In this document: one piece after another, positions 17,985 through 26,109 of the stretch
Position numbering within the stretch: the first letter of the stretch is position 1
How the letters are laid out: every line of letters starts with the position of its first letter
The notes under the pieces: generated by a model
What the model was told of the DNA's origin: nothing
The model's database searches: none
Seen by the model: the letters and a program-made list of their open reading frames with translations, nothing else
Made by a program: the position numbers and the translations under genes
Origin: Dongiaceae bacterium
GTDB taxonomy: Bacteria; Acidobacteriota; Terriglobia; Acidiferrales; UBA7541
Length of the DNA: 64,000 bases
NCBI GenBank assembly: GCA_035542235.1
Contig: DATKLU010000005.1
Span: 779 to 64,778, forward strand
Direction of reading: 5' to 3'

Positions 17985-18381
17985 CGAGGCTTGGCGAAAT
18001 GTCGCCGCCTTAGCGTCCGAAAAGCGCTTAGCCGGGCAATCCCAAAGGCCAGCAGGGGCCACTGTCCCCCGGTTCAGTATCAAAACAAAGCACATAGTGC
18101 GTACTAGCCTGCATTCGCTATTGCAGTACCAAACCATTCTTCCGTAAACTGCGTCTCAGAGTGAGAGGCCGTGTTTCGTTCAGAAACATGGCCATTCACT
18201 TTTGGCACCCGAAGCTGTGATAAGTGGCCTGTTTTAAGCATCTCGTGTTTTGGCCGATAGGGTGCATTAGTGCAGGTTGCCGATAGGACGGCGCACAAGT
18301 TTTGATTTGACTTGCGGCGCCGGCTGAGTGACAAACGGTATTCACTCACGGCAATTTTTTATGCTTAGGGGCGCACGCTAC

Positions 18382-19485
18382 ATGACGCAGATTACCCAGC
18401 TCGGCAAGACCGCACTCACGTTGTTTCTTGCCGCATGTTGTGCCTGCCCGTTGCCCGCGAACGCGGCCACTCCCGCGACTCCTGCAAAAGCCAAAGCCAA
18501 CCGCTCGACCCGCCGCCATTATGTGCGGCCAGAAAAAGGCGTGGATCCGACGCTCGGCGATATTGGAACCAACGATGATCCCGTGGTGCGCGCGGCCGCT
18601 GTCGAAGCTCTCGGGCGCTACAACGGATCCGTGGTGGCGGTGGACCCGAACACGGGACGCATTCTTACCGTCGTGAACCAGAAGCTGGCGTATTCCGACG
18701 GCGCGATCCCATGCTCTACGATCAAGCCGACGATTGCCATCGCGGCGCTGCAAGAAAATGTGATTACGCGCGACACCATGCTGAAGGTGGGGCGGCGCAA
18801 GTACATGAACCTGACGGATGCGATGGCGCATTCGAATAACCAGTTTTTTGAGGAGCTGGGCCGGCGGATGGGGTTTGACACGGTTTCGAAGTACGGACGG
18901 CTGCTGGGCCTGGGCGAGTTGGCGGGCTACAACCTGGAGTCCGAACGGCCGGGCTCGTTCCCGATGGCGCCGCCGCAGAAGGGCGGAGTGGCCCGGATGT
19001 CCAGCTTCGGCGAAGGCATTCAGATTACGCCGTTCCAGATGGCGTCGCTGGCGGCCGCATTCGCGAATGGCGGCACGCTGTACTACCTGCAATATCCGGA
19101 GGCCGGCCAGGAGATCAGCGCGTTTGTGCCGCGGGTCAAGCGCGATTTGAATATTGCGCCGCTGCTGCCGGAATTGCGCGAGGGCATGCTCGCTGCGGTG
19201 CTGTACGGCACGGGCAAGCGCAGCTACGACGCCGGCGGCGACGAACTGCCTGCGGGCAAAACCGGAACCTGCTCCGACCAGACGTCGCATGTGGGCTGGT
19301 TTCTGACCTACGCCGATGAAGCGCATCCGAAAATCGCCCTGGCGGTTCTGATTCGCGGGAACAGCTCGCGCATCAAGGGCCCGCTGGCGGCCAGCGTCGC
19401 CGGCAAGATTTACCGGCGGCTGCGCGAACAGAACTACTTTGCCGAACCGGGCAGCAAGACGCTGACCCAGCTTTCCGGGCACTGA
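18382..19485 (+). CDS. stand-alone penicillin-binding (transpeptidase/beta-lactamase-fold) protein, secreted
   Basis: Carries the three active-site motifs SxxK (CSTIKP), SxN (AHSNNQ) and KTG (AGKTGTC), plus signal peptide MTQITQLGKTALTLFLAACCACPLPANA. Start set to ATG 18382; track start is 18328. Confidence 0.8.
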   Translation: MTQITQLGKTALTLFLAACCACPLPANAATPATPAKAKANRSTRRHYVRPEKGVDPTLGDIGTNDDPVVRAAAVEALGRYNGSVVAVDPNTGRILTVVNQKLAYSDGAIPCSTIKPTIAIAALQENVITRDTMLKVGRRKYMNLTDAMAHSNNQFFEELGRRMGFDTVSKYGRLLGLGELAGYNLESERPGSFPMAPPQKGGVARMSSFGEGIQITPFQMASLAAAFANGGTLYYLQYPEAGQEISAFVPRVKRDLNIAPLLPELREGMLAAVLYGTGKRSYDAGGDELPAGKTGTCSDQTSHVGWFLTYADEAHPKIALAVLIRGNSSRIKGPLAASVAGKIYRRLREQNYFAEPGSKTLTQLSGH

Positions 19486-20270
19486 TTCTCTTTCGCAATT
19501 GAGTTTGTTTTCAATGCCGGTGTGGCCTTCTGCGCGCTGCTGCCTTGCCTCTCCGTCTCGCCAGTGCCGATGGCAGTGCCGTTCGGCGCGTTTGGACGTC
19601 CTGCCCGATTCTCCTTCACCCGTTCCAGTTCATGAGGCTTGTCGAAAGCTTCGGCGGGAAGCGTCAGCACGAATAGGCGCATTTCGCTGGAATGGCCGGT
19701 AAGCAGAATCCTGCCGCTCTCATCCTTGACGGAAGATACGGATAGCTTCTTGTCCTCAGCCATTTTCGGGAGCCACTCGTCCTGCCATAGTGCGAGGGAG
19801 AACTTGTCCGGGTCGGGGCCCAGCGTGACGAGAAGCAGCCCATGGGCGCGGTTGAAAAACACGTCGTCCTTCTCGACGTCGAAGCAGGATTCACCAGCGT
19901 TCCGAACCCAACGGCGATGCGAGGGCGGATTGGGTTCCTGGGCCGGAGCAGCGTCCGAGGCTTTCTTTTCCGGAAAGATCAGGCCGGAGACACGCCCGTC
20001 CAGGAAATAGCGGCCATCCATGCGGAAGAGCGTGGCGACGAAGCAAAAGCCGGTATCCTCGTCACCCATGATGCCAATTCCATACCCGTCGCTTCCGTGG
20101 GGGACGATTTCAATTTCCACGCCTTGCGTGGTCCAGCGTCCGAGGAGTTCCGGGCGGAATACGATGTCGTCCTTTTCGTAGAATGGCAGGACGGATTGAG
20201 CGCCAGCCTGCGGCACGAGCGAGAGGATGGCGAGGGCCAGAGCCAGAGCAAGAGCAAGTTGTCGAAGCAT
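19434..20270 (-). CDS. secreted hypothetical protein
   Basis: Signal peptide MLRQLALALALALAILSLVPQAGAQ with GGAGGA 9 nt upstream of ATG 20270 (track start 20342). The 3' end overlaps the convergent PBP gene by 52 nt. Confidence 0.6.
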   Translation of the reverse strand: MLRQLALALALALAILSLVPQAGAQSVLPFYEKDDIVFRPELLGRWTTQGVEIEIVPHGSDGYGIGIMGDEDTGFCFVATLFRMDGRYFLDGRVSGLIFPEKKASDAAPAQEPNPPSHRRWVRNAGESCFDVEKDDVFFNRAHGLLLVTLGPDPDKFSLALWQDEWLPKMAEDKKLSVSSVKDESGRILLTGHSSEMRLFVLTLPAEAFDKPHELERVKENRAGRPNAPNGTAIGTGETERQGSSAQKATPALKTNSIAKENQCPESWVSVLLPGSAK

Positions 20271-20545
20271 GAATCCAGGTCCTCCGTACGGTGCGCCGAG
20301 AGACAAGACCAGAGAGTAGAAAGGGAATGCGCGAAAGCGCAAGTATTAAGGACCGTAACACCGGGAAAGCGCCAGTCGTCGCGCCAGGGTCGTACTGGAA
20401 CTCATCGGCCGAACGGCTGGCGGTTTGCGCAACAGACAGAAACGAATTGATTTGGCGCGCGTCCACTTGAGCAGGATTCTGTTGCTGCGCTACGCTGGAA
20501 GGGATGGCACGCGCGAGGGCGCGCTGTCAGGTCGTTCGGGGGAAA

Positions 20546-21820
20546 ATGAGCCGGAAATTTCTGATTTTGCTGGTGCTGGTGCTGTGCGCGGGCGGCGTGG
20601 CCCTGGGCTGGATTTTCCGCCAGCGGGTGCACGCAGCGGAAGAATGGAACCGGGAGGTGACCTTGGCTACCGCCGACGCGGAGCGGGTGCGCGCAAGTAT
20701 CGTGGTGCCGACGGACCAGCGGGTGCGCAGCGGAGAAAATTTTTCGGCGGTGCTGCAGAAATTCGGCCTGACGCAGGAAGAGTCCGCGAGCGCCGCGGCG
20801 GCGGCGCAACGGGCCTTCAACCTGCGGCAACTGCGCGCGGGGAACACCATCACGGTGGGCCGCTCGGTGGAAGGGCAGCTGCGCGAGATTGACTATAAGA
20901 TTGACAGCTCACGGATGCTGCGGATCGTGCCGGCGCCGGGCGGATACGCGGCGGAAGTGAAGGAAATTCCGGCGCACACGGACATCGTCGCGGTGCGCGG
21001 GCGGCTGGACGATTCGCTCTTCAACGCGGTGGAAGCGGCGGGCGAAAGCGCCGAACTGGCCATGCGCATGGCGCAGATTTTCGGCTACGACCTGGACTTC
21101 TATACGGATCCGCGCAAGGGCGATACCTTCTGCGTGTTGCTGGAAAAGAAGAAATACGCGAACGGGCAGACCGCGGGCTACGGCAAGATTTTCGCGGCGG
21201 AGTACGACAACGCGGGCAAGAAATATCAGGCGCTGTTGTTCCACGATCCCGCCGGGCAGGCCGGGTACTACACAGTGGACGGCAAGTCGCTGCAGAAGGC
21301 GTTTCTGCGTTCTCCCTTGAAGTTTGGTGCCGCCGTGACTTCGCACTTCAGCAATGCCCGCTTCCATCCCATCCTCAAGACCTACCGGGCGCATCTGGGC
21401 ACGGACTACGGGGCGCCGGTGGGCACGCCAGTGCAGACGATTGGCTCGGGGCGCGTGGTGTTTGCGGGGCGCAAAGGCGGCGAAGGCAACATGGTGCACA
21501 TCGCGCACTCCAACGGATACGAGACCATGTATCTGCATTTGTCGCGTATGTTCGTGCACGCGGGCGAGCACGTCGAGATCGGCAAGACCATCGGACTGGT
21601 CGGTAGCACGGGGCTTTCCACGGGCCCGCACCTGGATTTTCGCATTCTGCAAAAAGGTCAGTACAAGAACTTCGAGAAGCTGGGACTGCCGCCCTCGGAT
21701 CCGGTGGCCAAAAAGAATCTGCCGGAATTTGCCCAGGTACGCGAGAAATGGCTTCCGCTGCTGAAAAATCCGGACATGCTGCAGGCGGCGATGACCGAGA
21801 GCACCCTGGCCGTCAAGTAG
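20546..21820 (+). CDS. M23 family (LytM-type) metallopeptidase, membrane-anchored
   Basis: Motifs HLGTDYGAPVGTPV… and …GSTGLSTGPHLDFRI (HxxxD / HxH-type M23 signature), with N-terminal anchor MSRKFLILLVLVLCAGGVALGWIF. Alternative start is ATG 20504. Confidence 0.85.
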   Translation: MSRKFLILLVLVLCAGGVALGWIFRQRVHAAEEWNREVTLATADAERVRASIVVPTDQRVRSGENFSAVLQKFGLTQEESASAAAAAQRAFNLRQLRAGNTITVGRSVEGQLREIDYKIDSSRMLRIVPAPGGYAAEVKEIPAHTDIVAVRGRLDDSLFNAVEAAGESAELAMRMAQIFGYDLDFYTDPRKGDTFCVLLEKKKYANGQTAGYGKIFAAEYDNAGKKYQALLFHDPAGQAGYYTVDGKSLQKAFLRSPLKFGAAVTSHFSNARFHPILKTYRAHLGTDYGAPVGTPVQTIGSGRVVFAGRKGGEGNMVHIAHSNGYETMYLHLSRMFVHAGEHVEIGKTIGLVGSTGLSTGPHLDFRILQKGQYKNFEKLGLPPSDPVAKKNLPEFAQVREKWLPLLKNPDMLQAAMTESTLAVK

Positions 21821-21848
21821 GACAACCCGCACCCGCGCGGGCGCGAAT

Positions 21849-23273
21849 TCAGTAAATCACCGGCAGCTTGCCGAAGTCGTCTTCCGGCCCGTCCATCACC
21901 CGCAGAACCAGCAGAGTGCGGTCGTCATGCGGCGCGGCGCCGATGCCGCTGAATTCGTCGGTGGCGTTCAAGATGGCCCCGGAAATGTTTTCCACACACG
22001 TGTTGGGCGGCAGGGAGGTGAGCAGCGCCGTAAGGCGATCCAGGCCGAATTCCTCGTTGGCGGCGTTTTCCGATTCCAGAATGCCATCGGATGCAAAGAT
22101 GATGACGTCGTCCTTCATCAGCTGAATCACGTGCGTGCTGTAGTCGGCCTCGGGAAACAGGCCCAGGGGGATGCCGTCCACGGGCACTTCGCTGACTTTT
22201 CCGGCGCGCAAGAGCAGTGGATGAGTGCCGCCGGCGTTGGCGATGGTGAGCGAGCGATCGCGGGCGTCGTACAAGGCAAAGGTGAGGGCAATGAAGCGAG
22301 CCTCCATGCGCGCGGCATGCAGGCGGCGATTGAGAGTGGCCAGCATGTCCTGCGGGGCCACGGTGTGCTCGACGGTGAGTTCGCGGAGCATGCCGATGGC
22401 CAGCGAGCCGAAGAGCGCGGCAGCAGTGCCTTTGCCGGAGACGTCGCCGAGCGCGAACGCCAGCCGTCCTTCCCCGTAAGGAAGAAAATCGTAGAAGTCG
22501 CCGCCAAGTTCGCGGGCGGGGACATACGCCGCCGTGACGTCAATGCCGGGAATTTCGCGCGCGCCGCGCGGCAGCAATTGCAGCTGAATTTCCTTGGCGG
22601 TGTTGAGGTCGTTCTGCAGGCGCTGCTCGTTCTCGCGGGCTTCCTGGTAGAGACGGGAATTCTCCAGCGCGATGGCGATAAACGACGCCAGAGCCTCGAG
22701 CATGCGCTCGTGCTCCGCGGAGAACGCGCTGTATTTGGCGGATTCGAGGTCGAGTACGCCGATCAGCCGGTCGCGCAGAAGGAGCGGCACGACCAGCTCG
22801 GAATTGACGCGCTCGCAGGTATCACAGGTGATGTAGCGCGGGTCCAGGCGCACGTCGTCGAGACGAATCGCTTTTCGGGTGGCGGCGGCGTGGCCGGTGA
22901 TGCCCTGATTCAGCGTGACCCGGAAACGCGAAGGGATGGAGTTTTCGTAGTGCATGGCGAAAACCCCTTCGAGCATCTGGGTCTTTTCATTCCACAGCAT
23001 GACCGTGAAGACGTCATAGTTGACGATTTTCTTGATGCGCTCGGCGATTCGGCGGAGCAGCTCTTCGCGGTCGAGGATGGACGTGAGCTCGCGGCTGACG
23101 TCGTACAACAGGCCGAGCGTCTTGGCCTGCTCGGGAAAGGCGGCGAGGAGCGACGGCGGAACAGCTTCGGCTTCGTTAGCCGGAGGCAGCGGCGCGAGAT
23201 TGGAAACCTGGTCCATGAAACCCGGAAGAAGGCTTGGCCAAGACATAGAATGCCTGAATCTTATTGGATTCAC
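21849..23273 (-). CDS. GAF domain + PP2C/SpoIIE-type protein phosphatase
   Basis: GAF-like core (…IVNYDVFTVMLWNEKTQMLEG…SELVVPLLLRDRLIGVLDLES…). It is followed by AKEIQLQLLP…LGGDFYDF…ALGDVSGKGTAAAL…DDVIIFASDGILE…HDDRTLLVLRV, typical of RsbU/SpoIIE phosphatases. The exact start is uncertain. Confidence 0.85.
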   Translation of the reverse strand: MNPIRFRHSMSWPSLLPGFMDQVSNLAPLPPANEAEAVPPSLLAAFPEQAKTLGLLYDVSRELTSILDREELLRRIAERIKKIVNYDVFTVMLWNEKTQMLEGVFAMHYENSIPSRFRVTLNQGITGHAAATRKAIRLDDVRLDPRYITCDTCERVNSELVVPLLLRDRLIGVLDLESAKYSAFSAEHERMLEALASFIAIALENSRLYQEARENEQRLQNDLNTAKEIQLQLLPRGAREIPGIDVTAAYVPARELGGDFYDFLPYGEGRLAFALGDVSGKGTAAALFGSLAIGMLRELTVEHTVAPQDMLATLNRRLHAARMEARFIALTFALYDARDRSLTIANAGGTHPLLLRAGKVSEVPVDGIPLGLFPEADYSTHVIQLMKDDVIIFASDGILESENAANEEFGLDRLTALLTSLPPNTCVENISGAILNATDEFSGIGAAPHDDRTLLVLRVMDGPEDDFGKLPVIY

Positions 23274-23363
23274 GAGAGCCGAATTGGTTTCACGTGCTAC
23301 GTTCGCGGTCCGTCACGTGGGCGCCGGTAGAGAAGGGCCGGGCGGTTGGCAGAGGGTTGCCGG

Positions 23364-23915
23364 TCAGCCGCGAAAATAGCGGTTCTGTTTAATGATGGTT
23401 TCGGCGATGCCCAGAAAGTGGCTGCGAATTTCGTCCCGCGCGGAACTTTCCGCGGGCAGAGTGAGCAGCGTGGCGGCGCCATGGGACAGCAGGAACAGGG
23501 CGTAGAAGCAGCGGGAGTAGTCTTCAGCTTTGCCGCCGAAGCGCTCGGCGAATTTGGTCATCAGCCAGACCCGGCCGGGCTGGGGAAAATCGGGGTGCAG
23601 GATGTCGCTCCAGGAGCGCAGCAGCAGCTGGTATTCGTGCTGGTGCTTTTCCGCGAATTCCAGGTAGCGGCGGCACACGTCTTCCAGCGATTTCGCGCCG
23701 AACAGATGTTCGTTGAGCTGCTCGCGAAAGCGCTCGGCCAGCGCTGCCCGCAGCGCCTCCTTGTTGCGAAAGCGTTTGTAGACGGTCGGGGTGGTGGTGC
23801 CGGCTTCCTTGGCGACGGAGCGCAAGGTCAGCCCTTCTTCGCCGCGCATGCGCCAGAGGCGCTGGGCGGCCTTGAGAATCTTTTCCTGCAACTGCTGATC
23901 TACGTGCGGCGGCAT
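23364..23915 (-). CDS. TetR/AcrR-family transcriptional regulator
   Basis: N-terminal HTH QEKILKAAQRLWRMRGEEGLTLRSVAKEAGTTTPTVYKRFRNKEAL. Start set to ATG 23915 (track TTG 23972). Confidence 0.85.
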   Translation of the reverse strand: MPPHVDQQLQEKILKAAQRLWRMRGEEGLTLRSVAKEAGTTTPTVYKRFRNKEALRAALAERFREQLNEHLFGAKSLEDVCRRYLEFAEKHQHEYQLLLRSWSDILHPDFPQPGRVWLMTKFAERFGGKAEDYSRCFYALFLLSHGAATLLTLPAESSARDEIRSHFLGIAETIIKQNRYFRG

Positions 23916-24072
23916 AGAGGCAGAAGACCCACGGTCCTTTTCGCATTTCCAGTTAAGAAATACGACGTGCAAGCAATATCACAAAGCCCGGAAGGCGCCA
24001 AGTACAAAGCGCAGGCTGTCGGCCCGGAAATCAATGGAGAAATGCAGGGCAATCCGGGAGGCCCGAAGGGCT

Positions 24073-24103
24073 TGCAACCTTGCAGGAAAGCAGTAAGGTT
24101 GCA
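24073..24103. promoter_or_regulatory. inverted repeat TGCAACCTT-N13-AAGGTTGCA (candidate TetR operator)
   Basis: Perfect 9-bp arms at 24073-24081 and 24095-24103, in the divergent region between the TetR gene and the 24200 gene and 12 nt upstream of the -35 hexamer. Confidence 0.4.
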
Positions 24104-24114
24104 TCAAGATAACA

Positions 24115-24143
24115 TTGACAACGTTAAATTAACAACGTACAAT
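24115..24143 (+). promoter_or_regulatory. near-consensus sigma70-type promoter TTGACA-17-TACAAT
   Basis: TTGACA at 24115-24120, a 17-nt spacer containing a direct repeat ACAACGT…ACAACGT, and TACAAT at 24138-24143. It sits in an AT-rich island and faces the hypothetical gene. Confidence 0.55.
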
Positions 24144-24199
24144 TATCCACACATCATACCTAATACAACGGACGGTTGCTGTCGTGGAAAGGGACGCAA

Positions 24200-24868
24200 G
24201 TGCAGTCTAAGGATGATTCGCAATCTTACCGGGCCCCTGAGCAAATCTCGAAGCAACAACGCGCCGCGGAACTGCCGCGCCTGCATGACCCCAGAGTAGG
24301 GGCGGCTTCGTGCGGCAATGGCGAGCACTCGTGCGATCTGTCCGCGGAAGGACAGCTGCAAGAAGCCGTGAAACGCTTCACGCTGTACCTGCTCGCGGAA
24401 CGCAACAACTACTACGAACAAGGCCGGCCTCTGCACGGCGAACTACGCGGTCAGCTGGCGAGTTATTTCGACGATCGGCTGCTGGACAACGTGCGCGTGG
24501 TGGAGTTGGTCACCCAGCGCGTCGCCAACCCGTGGTTCTATCCCATCGCGCGGGAAAAGGGACTGCAGCATCTCCCGGATCTGCCGCACAAGGCCGCGGT
24601 GACGTTTCTGGACGTGATCGTATTCAACGAAAAGTTCGCGATGCGCGATCTTTTCCATGGCCTGGTGCACGCGACACAGGTGGACGTGATGGGGGTAGAG
24701 GAGTTCGCGCGGCTTTTCGTGCGCGGATTCGTGCGCGCTCGCTCGTACTTCCTGTTGCCGCTCAAGGCGCACGCTTTCAGCTTGGATGCCAGGTTCGCCG
24801 CGGATCCCAAGGAAGCTTTTTCCGTCAGGGCGGAAGTGCAGCGCTGGTGGAAGGAAGACCGCTACTGA
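24200..24868 (+). CDS. hypothetical protein (no recognised family)
   Basis: Track ORF 24176-24868; the C-terminal about 170 aa have coding-like composition. The start is uncertain: candidates are GTG 24200 (GGAAAGGG upstream), TTG 24176 and GTG 24368. Confidence 0.55.
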   Translation: MQSKDDSQSYRAPEQISKQQRAAELPRLHDPRVGAASCGNGEHSCDLSAEGQLQEAVKRFTLYLLAERNNYYEQGRPLHGELRGQLASYFDDRLLDNVRVVELVTQRVANPWFYPIAREKGLQHLPDLPHKAAVTFLDVIVFNEKFAMRDLFHGLVHATQVDVMGVEEFARLFVRGFVRARSYFLLPLKAHAFSLDARFAADPKEAFSVRAEVQRWWKEDRY

Positions 24869-24940
24869 GAAGGGAGAGACGCCAACGCCGCGTCGGCGTC
24901 TCTCTAGCGGTCTCCTGCGGTCGTAGGGCGTCAGCGCCCG

Positions 24941-26029
24941 CTAAGCCGGCTTGTGAGGCGCGGCTGTCAGCGTCACCGCCTCGCGGCGCGTCGGCAGGGC
25001 CTGTGGGTAGCGGTCTTGCAGGAAGTTGATCAACTGCTCTCGCACGTGGCAGCGCAGGTCAAAAGCGATGGACGAGGAGTTTGCGCTCATCAGGCAGCGT
25101 AGCTGCATCGTGGATTCCGTGAACTCGGTCACCTGCAGCACGCAGGTTTTTCCGTTCCACATAGGCGTTTCGGAAAGGATGCGTTTCAGCTCTTCGCGTA
25201 CCGGCTCGACCGGCATGGTGTAGTCCACGTAGATGAAAACCGTGCCGATAATCTCAGACGTGGTGCGTGTCCAGTTCTGGAATGGCTTTTCGATGAAGTA
25301 GTTCAGCGGCACCACCAGGCGCCGCAGATCCCATAGCCGCACCACTACGTAAGTCGTTTCAATTTCTTCGATCCAGCCCCACTCGCCTTCAACCACCACC
25401 GCGTCGTCAATGCGGATCGGCTGCGTCAGCGCCACCTGCAGGCCGGCGATGAGATTGGCAAAGGTCGAGCGCGCGGCTATGCCCACGATGACGCCGGCAA
25501 TCCCCGCGGAAGCGAAAACGCTGGTGCCGATTTGCCGGGCGCTGGGAAAGGTCATCAGCATGACGGCCAGCGTAACGACCACGATGCAGCCAATGGCGAT
25601 GCGCCTGAGCACCTGCGTCTGGGTGTGGATGCGCCGGGCGTGGAGGTTGTCGGCCACGGCGATGGAATAGCGCGTGGTGATGAGCGTGGAAATGACCTGT
25701 ACCAGCACGATCAGCAGCCAGCCGATGCAGGCAATGAGACACAACGTCAAGAAGTGCTCGATGCGGGACCTGACGACATCCGGGAGGGAAGTGGCAGGGA
25801 GAGCTGCGGTCAGTGCGAGAAGCGGCAGGATATAGCGGACGGGTGGCTTGGTCTGTTTGGCAAGGAGCAGCTGCAGGGTGGAATTGCTGCGGCGCGTGAC
25901 CCGTGCGATGAATTCGTACAGGGCAATGTAGGCCAGCGCCCCGACCAGGGCAGCGGTGACCAGAACGCCGGTGGAAACGAGCAACGTTCGCGCGTCGCCC
26001 CAGAGAATCTCCAGCGAGACCTGTTCCAT
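24941..26029 (-). CDS. mechanosensitive ion channel, MscS family
   Basis: …GTSVFASAGIAGVIVGIAARSTFANLIAGLQVALTQPIRIDDAVVVEGEWGWIEEIETTYVVVRLWDLRRLVVPLNYF… is the MscS TM3/beta-domain signature. Start set to ATG 26029 (MEQVSLEIL…); the track N-extension to 26581 overlaps the next gene. Confidence 0.85.
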   Translation of the reverse strand: MEQVSLEILWGDARTLLVSTGVLVTAALVGALAYIALYEFIARVTRRSNSTLQLLLAKQTKPPVRYILPLLALTAALPATSLPDVVRSRIEHFLTLCLIACIGWLLIVLVQVISTLITTRYSIAVADNLHARRIHTQTQVLRRIAIGCIVVVTLAVMLMTFPSARQIGTSVFASAGIAGVIVGIAARSTFANLIAGLQVALTQPIRIDDAVVVEGEWGWIEEIETTYVVVRLWDLRRLVVPLNYFIEKPFQNWTRTTSEIIGTVFIYVDYTMPVEPVREELKRILSETPMWNGKTCVLQVTEFTESTMQLRCLMSANSSSIAFDLRCHVREQLINFLQDRYPQALPTRREAVTLTAAPHKPA

Positions 26030-26109
26030 GCACAGAGTATGGGACCCGAGAAGCCGATGGGCAATCAGGAAAAGCCTTAGCTCCTCCGGCCAGCGGCCGG
26101 TCCACCACT

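Noticed and set aside
18058-18064. GCCACTG string reminiscent of the conserved cobalamin-riboswitch core
   Set aside because: None of the other conserved B12-riboswitch elements (the GGTGAAAATCC-like segment, the B12 box) lies nearby, and the downstream gene is a PBP rather than a cobalamin-related gene.
21927-23330. 467-aa plus-strand ORF opposite the GAF-PP2C gene; similar cases at 29775-31058, 36382-37515, 44984-46051, 48983-80080
   Set aside because: All are antisense to genes with strong family signatures and have Arg/Gly-rich translations. (The last coordinate pair should read 48983-50080.)
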